A program made the translations under genes and the position numbers. Shown here in pieces: positions 57,135 through 64,000 of a stretch of DNA of 64,000 bases. Where the stretch lies: positions 1,240,001-1,304,000 of the forward strand of contig CM022669.1 in the NCBI GenBank assembly GCA_012295275.1. The letters are read 5' to 3'. Numbering within the stretch: the first letter of the stretch is position 1; every line of letters starts with the position of its first letter. Below the pieces are notes generated by a model. It saw nothing but the letters and a program-made list of their open reading frames with translations, did not search any database and had not been told where the DNA came from. The stretch is from Chrysomallon squamiferum. Its lineage: Eukaryota > Animalia > Mollusca.

Positions 57135-58118
57135 CTGCAGATTATTACAGTCTGATATATCATTTAGTTCACTTGTAATTATAACCATCGACCCAAGCTG
57201 CAGTTTTATGAAGCGCACTAAATGAATTTGTACATGATTAATTGGAAATAAAGGGCTGGAACTAAAATAATTAGTATTAAATTAGATGATTCACTTTTTA
57301 ACGTTTGTGCTATTTCAAGTCATCTGTTGAGAGGGGGAAAAAAAAGAGAAAAAAATATAATGTAGAATTAACGTTCTACTTTATACTTTATAAAATGATT
57401 ACGAATACTCATACAATTCAGTATGTTTCTATACTTCAGTAAACAAAAATAAATAAATAACTAATAATAACATGTAAATACATATAGGTTATAAAACTTA
57501 CTGTGCATTATGGGACATATAAAACACTTATACATACACATATACAAACGTGTACATACATACATATGATCGAGTATTTTCTGTGAGTAGCGGTGTTTGT
57601 GCCGAACAGGTCTGGGTCACGTCATCACGTTTGTTTGCGTGTTTACTCGAGTATATTTCTCTTCTAATGTTCGATTCGATGTTTGTAAACATAAACCGTT
57701 TTGTTGTAAATCATATGTTTTTCTTTAATTTATTTGTGTCATTATAATGTGTTGTGTATTTAATTTAGTATATGGATATGATTGTTGTGTATTAATGAGA
57801 ATTTGTGGTGTTTGTGTCTGTATGTATGTGTTTGTGTACAGGTGCATGTTCTCGTGTGTTTTTTTTCGATTATTTTTATTTATTTCCTCTCATATTCACT
57901 GTTTATCATTCATGCAGTTATCTCCCTTCGTACAGGTGTATTTTTAATGGGTCAAGGTACTGATTACAGTTTTATCAGAGTCTAGCAGCAACTAACTTTA
58001 AACTACACACTTTGCTCCCGTCCAAGTATTTCTACGTTATTGTGACTGCAAAGTATATAACTTGATCTTGAAAAGAAAATTTTACTTGTTCCATGTTTGT
58101 TTTTGTCTTTCTTTTTTG

Positions 58119-58164
<46 letters not shown>

Positions 58165-58336
58165 TTTTAGGTGCATGTATAATAAGAAAACCTGTTTTCT
58201 TTGTCAGTGTTGTTTTTAACGTGCAGCGCCGCACAGTGGCAGGTGACTCTAATCAGTAAGAACAACAGTGAATACTATCACCTCCAGTATCAACTGTTAA
58301 TATTTCTGAGACACACGCTTCACGTCCTGTCCTAGC

Positions 58337-58351
58337 AGCGCCATCTGTCGA
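58337..58351 (-). promoter_or_regulatory. CTCF-like motif TCGACAGATGGCGCT
   Basis: Close match to the CTCF core consensus (YCRSYAGRKGGCRS), judged by eye. Confidence 0.3.
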
Positions 58352-58654
58352 GTTCATGTGGCGGGATACAATGTCGATGTGACTCACTTTTGTCTAACAG
58401 AAGAAGCAGCCACCCTTGTCTGAATCGCACGCAATCACGTGCTTTGTGAAACATAAATTAAACGTGAAATATAGCAATAAAACATTTTAGTTTTTACTCC
58501 ATTCCCGAAAATCATGTGTGACGTCACAGACAGACGATGCGACGTGAAGATGTGTGACGTCACAGACAGATAATACGACTTGAACATCTGTTGGTCACAA
58601 AAGACACTCAGCTTTTCACGCCACATAATGTCGTCTGCCACATGTTTTGTTGTG

Positions 58655-58822
58655 TTACGAGGGAGGCAGTTTGACTTGGAGAACAGCACCCGGTGATAGA
58701 AGCTGACAAAGAAGCGAGGCTGGGATTTCTACTTCTTTGTTACACTTCGTGAACGTCATCCAGTCGCTTTCTTTGTGTTTCAAATCCAGGTCCATGTCGC
58801 TGATGTTGTAGTCGACCTCATC
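58655..58822 (-). CDS. Putative last coding exon of an unidentified gene: DEVDYNISDMDLDLKHKESDWMTFTKCNKEVEIPASLLCQLLSPGAVLQVKLPPS*
   Basis: gtttAG acceptor, GC3-rich codons; the other two frames stop early. Confidence 0.45.
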   Translation of the reverse strand, partial: DEVDYNISDMDLDLKHKESDWMTFTKCNKEVEIPASLLCQLLSPGAVLQVKLPPS

Positions 58823-58954
58823 CTAAACCCGAATAATGACCACGTGCACTTAGAACTGATGCTTTTCGAATATTTATATTTTCAATTACTGACTTGTGTT
58901 AATATTTTCCACAAAGACAGTTGTCAATACAACAACAACAACAATATCAACATC

Positions 58955-59175
58955 AACTACTACTGCTGCTACTAGTACTACTACTGCTGCTGCTATTTCT
59001 GCTGCTAATACTATTTACTACTACTAACACAGCCATCACCACTACTACTACTACCACCACTACTACTATTACTACTACTACTACTGCTACTACTAAAACT
59101 AAAACTAGTACCATTACTACAGTTATTACCACTATTACTACTATTACAATTACTACTACCACTGTTACTACTCTT
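58955..59175. repeat. Degenerate (ACT)n microsatellite; similar tracts at 60735-61010 and 63345-63600, and (CTAC)n at 60340-60620
   Basis: Direct reading. Confidence 0.85.
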
Positions 59176-59401
59176 ACGGTTATCGCTGAACGTATTCTAA
59201 AAACCATTCAAATATCACGTTTAACACAACAAATCGTTCACTCATCGACCTCTGCACAAATATACAGAAAACCGTTAGAGAAAAAAAAAAAAAAAGTTCT
59301 GTTGCCATGGTTTCAAATAGGAACATATAATTACGATGACGTTGTTTCTTCAGAGAAAGTGACTTTTTACATACAATTAAGATTTTGATTTATTATTATT
59401 A

Positions 59402-59453
<52 letters not shown>

Positions 59454-59558
59454 TGTTTCTGATCTGTCTTAGCGCGATATTGTATCAATATTTCGAATAA
59501 CCATAGAAATCAATTTCGCGGAGACAAAGAAACTGCGTCGTGAGTCAACAAACAAAAC

Positions 59559-59595
<37 letters not shown>

Positions 59596-59778
59596 TATAA
59601 GAATAATAAAAATAAAATATAATAAAAACAACGGAGCTTAACCGAATTTCACTTCTCAGTATTACGATCCATTTCAGCATTTTTATGTTTTATTATTTAA
59701 TTTGTTTCTGACAGTTATTTTATTTTTATTCTTTTTTTATCTTTTCAGTTTGTATGTATGTATATATGTATGTGTGTG

Positions 59779-59812
<34 letters not shown>

Positions 59813-61869
59813 TGTATGTATGTGTGTATGTATGTATGTGTGTGTATCTATATATATATATGTATATGTGTATGTATGTATGTCTGTTTGTTTGTTTGTA
59901 TGTATGTATGTCTGTTTGTTTGTTTGTATGTATGTATGTATGAATGCATATATCTCTCTATCTCTCTGTCTGTCTATCTGTCTATTATCTATCTATCTAT
60001 CTAGCTATCTAGCTATCTAGCTATGTATCTATGTATCTATCTTGCTATCTATTTGTCTTTCTATACACCTATATGGCCATTAAACATGAAAAGACAAACT
60101 AAGGAGAGGCACACACAAAAATTATGTTTGCTTTCGAATATAAGCACATCGTGGCACTTCGTTCCCGCGTCCCTCCGCGTGTTTTGTTCAGAACTTCTCT
60201 GATACAGCAGTGACTCAGAACACACGTCATAGATGAATAATACTCACTGATGATTGTTTATCAGATAATCGATATCGATGACACACTTCATAGTTCAGAC
60301 AGTTAGGTGTATTGATGACATCAACGTACATAAATTTTATACCTGTCTTCTTACCTATCCAGCTAGCTACCTGTCTTACTTCCTTACTTACCTACCAACT
60401 TACCTATCTACCTTTCCTATATACCTACCTATCTGCCTACTCACCTACATATCTACATACATGCCTACTTACTTACCTAACATCTAACTACACACCTATT
60501 GACCTACCTACCTAATTATCTTCCTATTTACCTAACTACCTACCTATGTGTTTAGTTACCTGTCTTAACTATCTAGCTATCATCTTATCTACCTGCCTGT
60601 CTACGTGTTACTTACCTGTCTTCTTACAAGTTGATGTTACTAACATTAACACTATGTTTTTATCAACGTTAACACTATTGTTATTAACACTAAAACATTA
60701 ACATACTTTTTATTGATGATTTAAAATATTCTTTGTTACTACTGCTGCTACTGTTTCCACTAATACTTCTACTACTAATACTCAAACTAATACTAATAGT
60801 TCTACTGCTACTATTCTTAGTAGTGGACCTAGAAAAGCAACATCTGTTACTGCTGTTACAACTACTACTACTACTGTTACTTCTACCACTACCACTACCA
60901 CTGCTACTATTACTACTACGACTATTACTACTACTACTATAACTACTACTACTATTATTACTACTACTACTGTCACTGCTACTATTACTACTACTACTAC
61001 TATTATTATTATAAGAACATTAATTTACGGTCTAATTCTGTTCGCATGACTGAGATAATTATATAATACTACTGATAAACGTCAACAACGTCATTCATGC
61101 ATGACGGTGATTGTTAATTGTCACGTGAATAATTAACTGACTGTTTATTTCACATGCTCCTTGACCTGTGACGAATGTAAATGAATCATCACAATGTATT
61201 GTTGAATATCTGCTTTCTCATTAGATATTCTGAAACCAAGGAGCAGTTGGCAGGCTTCGAAAGAGGGTGCCAGGGAAGTAAGGTGGTTGGACATTATTCA
61301 AAGAAATGTTCCTTTCCTTTCTTTCTGATCTTTATTTTTCTTATTTGTTTGAACCGTCCGTGCATCCATCTAACTGTCGATTTACTATGTGTCTGTCAGT
61401 CTTCCAAGCCACACATTGATCTGTCCACCCATCCTTTCATCCAACTGTTTGTCTGTCTACCTCTCTCTTTTTCTTTCTTTCTCTCTTTCTGACTACTTAT
61501 TTCAATATTCCTAGCGCAAACACACTTATATAATCAAATTTCCGTTCAAGAAAAAATAATGAAAAAAAAAAAAAAAAAAAAAAGAAAAAAAAAGTAAAAA
61601 TCCATCACTATGGAGACATGACACACTTTAAACCTGTTGCTAAAAGTATCTCAGTTTGCCATGCAGCTTACTCTTCATCTTAACTTTATTTCCTTGAAGA
61701 ACAGAGAATCAGAGAATCAGAGAATCAGTTTAAAACACGTAAAGACAGACAGAAAGTACATAAATAAATAAAAAAGAGACATTCTGTAACATAGGGCCTC
61801 ACTGCTGATGAAGTTGTTACCCACATCAGGCCTCGCAGTAAAACTGACGAATAGAAAGCGAGGTCTTAC

Positions 61870-61901
61870 TTTGTGCGGATCTGCCTGGCGAGAGCGTTTG
61901 A
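61870..61901 (-). CDS. Putative 32-nt exon: xKRSRQADPHK
   Basis: tctctctcAG acceptor and GTAAGA donor; open when read to end in phase 0, fitting the 58822 exon. Confidence 0.45.
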
Positions 61902-62753
61902 CTGAGAGAGAGTAATCGATGCTTCACTCTTTAATTCTAGGTGCTCTAACCAGACAAGATGGAGCCGGGATTCTAAATCAATTGTAGGAAAATATACCTT
62001 TTAAGGAATTTAGAGAGAGAGAGGGATGGAAAAAAAAATAAAAGGATCGATCAGGTGATTGATGCGTCCAATCAAGTTGGATTGTTCCACGTCTTGTCTA
62101 TCAATTCTGCAGTCGCGGAGAAAAGAATAAAAAAAAAAAAAAAAAATAAAAAAAAAACCGCGGCTGAATGCAACATGGTAGTTAATTCGACCGTAATTTT
62201 CCAAACAGAATTTAGAAATTATTTTTCTGTGTTGTGAGACCCGTGTAGCTCGTGATTTTATTTTTATAAATCTAGTGATTTCTTGTGGCTGCGGCGCGGA
62301 GATAAAGACTCGCGGTAATGAAAGTAATGGGTAGAATTACTGCAGATTTGAAAATAATTTACTTGATTAAGAGAAATAGCGCGGTGTGTCAAAGGGTCTT
62401 TGTTGTAGCAGACTTTCTGACGCAAAGTCAAAAATTAAAGAAAATACTTTTTTATGTTTGCAGAAACATTTTACTTAGTATTAGTTCCTGACACTAACAG
62501 CTTTGTGCAAGCAGAGACAGAGAGAAAAAAAAAGAAGAGAAAATGAAACAAATACGGATTAAAAAAAGAGATAATTGAGTATAAAATTTAAAATAAAAAA
62601 CGGTTGATTTCAGTGGTCATTAAGTAAGAATTTTGTCTTAAATAATAATAATAATAACAATAAAAATAATAATAACGGATAAAACAACACCGTATTTAGG
62701 TAACATTTCAAACAACAATAGTAATCTTCTCAAATATAAGGAAAATTCCGAAA

Positions 62754-62840
<87 letters not shown>

Positions 62841-63295
62841 GCACTTCTTTTTCTTTTTTCTTTCTTAACACCAATATCCGTTCTACAGAAGTGTTAATCA
62901 ATTAATTCTACATTTTTTCTTCTTCAACTTCTTGTTCTTTGACAACTTCAAAATGTCCGCCAGATCGCTTTCTTTCGCAAGTTAAAAGGACTACATTCCA
63001 AAAATTTTAATCAATACATATTCGCCGCCATGGGAAACGTGTGGGTAGTTTTATCTTTCAGTGGAATTCTTGCACCGGTCAACGCTTATCTAATTAACAA
63101 TGACGTCATAATGCTTTGACGTGGCTGGGGCTAGACAGAAAAGAAATCTATACCCAGACAGATCAAAGCAGATAAGTTGCAATTTCAACTATAGCTGGCC
63201 AACGGTGAAAACAATTCTCATCTATTTTGCTGTATTGGTGTAGTTAATATATCATCAACATCATCATCCTTCCCATTCTTCTTCTTCTTCTTTTC

Positions 63296-63326
<31 letters not shown>

Positions 63327-64000
63327 TTATTATTATTATATTTGTAATAGTTGTTGTAGTAGCAGCAGAGGTAATAGTACTTGTAGCAGTAGTGGTAGCA
63401 GTAATAGTAGTGGTGATTATAATACTAGTAATTGTAGTAGTAATAGTAGTACTACTGGTAGTATTAGTGGTAGTATTAGTAGTAATAGTAGTAACTGAAA
63501 TAATAGTAGTAACTGAAGTAGTAATAGTAGTAATAGTAGTAATACTGGTAGTATTAGTTGTGGAAGTAGTGATAGTGGTAGTAGTAGTAGTAGCGGCAGC
63601 AATAGTAAAGGCAGCAATACTTTTTGTATCATTCACAACTGGACTTAAAACAGACGAAAAAAAAAACAAAAAACAAAAAAAAAAAACCTTTGCGGCAACA
63701 CAATTTAACTTTGTGTGTTGAAGATTGTCCTAATTCTATTTCTGCTTGAATTATTCTCCCGTGCTACTTCGAATTTGATTTCATCTCTGATATAATAAAT
63801 AAAAAGGTGAATCTAATATGTTACGTCTGCTCGCACAAAAGAAGAAAATAAGGAGGGACTCGAAAGGAAACAAATCCACGAAGTGTTTGTCCTACAGCAG
63901 TTTTAATCGCATTTTCTCAGATCGTGTTTTTTCTTATTTCAACTTGCAAATGCCTCGTTCGTGAATTTCTCTTTCCTTTCACCGCTGCTGTACTCGCGGG

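Overview
AT-rich, repeat-dense animal genomic DNA, probably invertebrate and lophotrochozoan/mollusc-like (inferred from composition only). Almost all ORF-track entries are micro/minisatellite artefacts. Reading splice sites by hand gives three gene models. (1) The 3' part of a + strand non-fibrillar collagen: 11 exons, 8293-23994, about 289 aa visible, 5' end not found. It has an interrupted Gly-X-Y helix, basic convertase-like sites, a Cys-containing C-terminal domain and a C-terminus that looks like a GPI-anchor signal. (2) A complete, frame-consistent 7-exon + strand homologue of the antiviral frameshift inhibitor Shiftless (SHFL/RyDEN/C19orf66), 28417-44871, 286 aa. (3) Tentative 3' exons of an unidentified - strand gene at 58.6-64 kb. 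Introns hold many distinct minisatellites (21-56 bp units), several ending right at 3' splice sites. There are also complementary microsatellites flanking exons, a probable decayed DNA transposon and an excess of TGACGTCA motifs.
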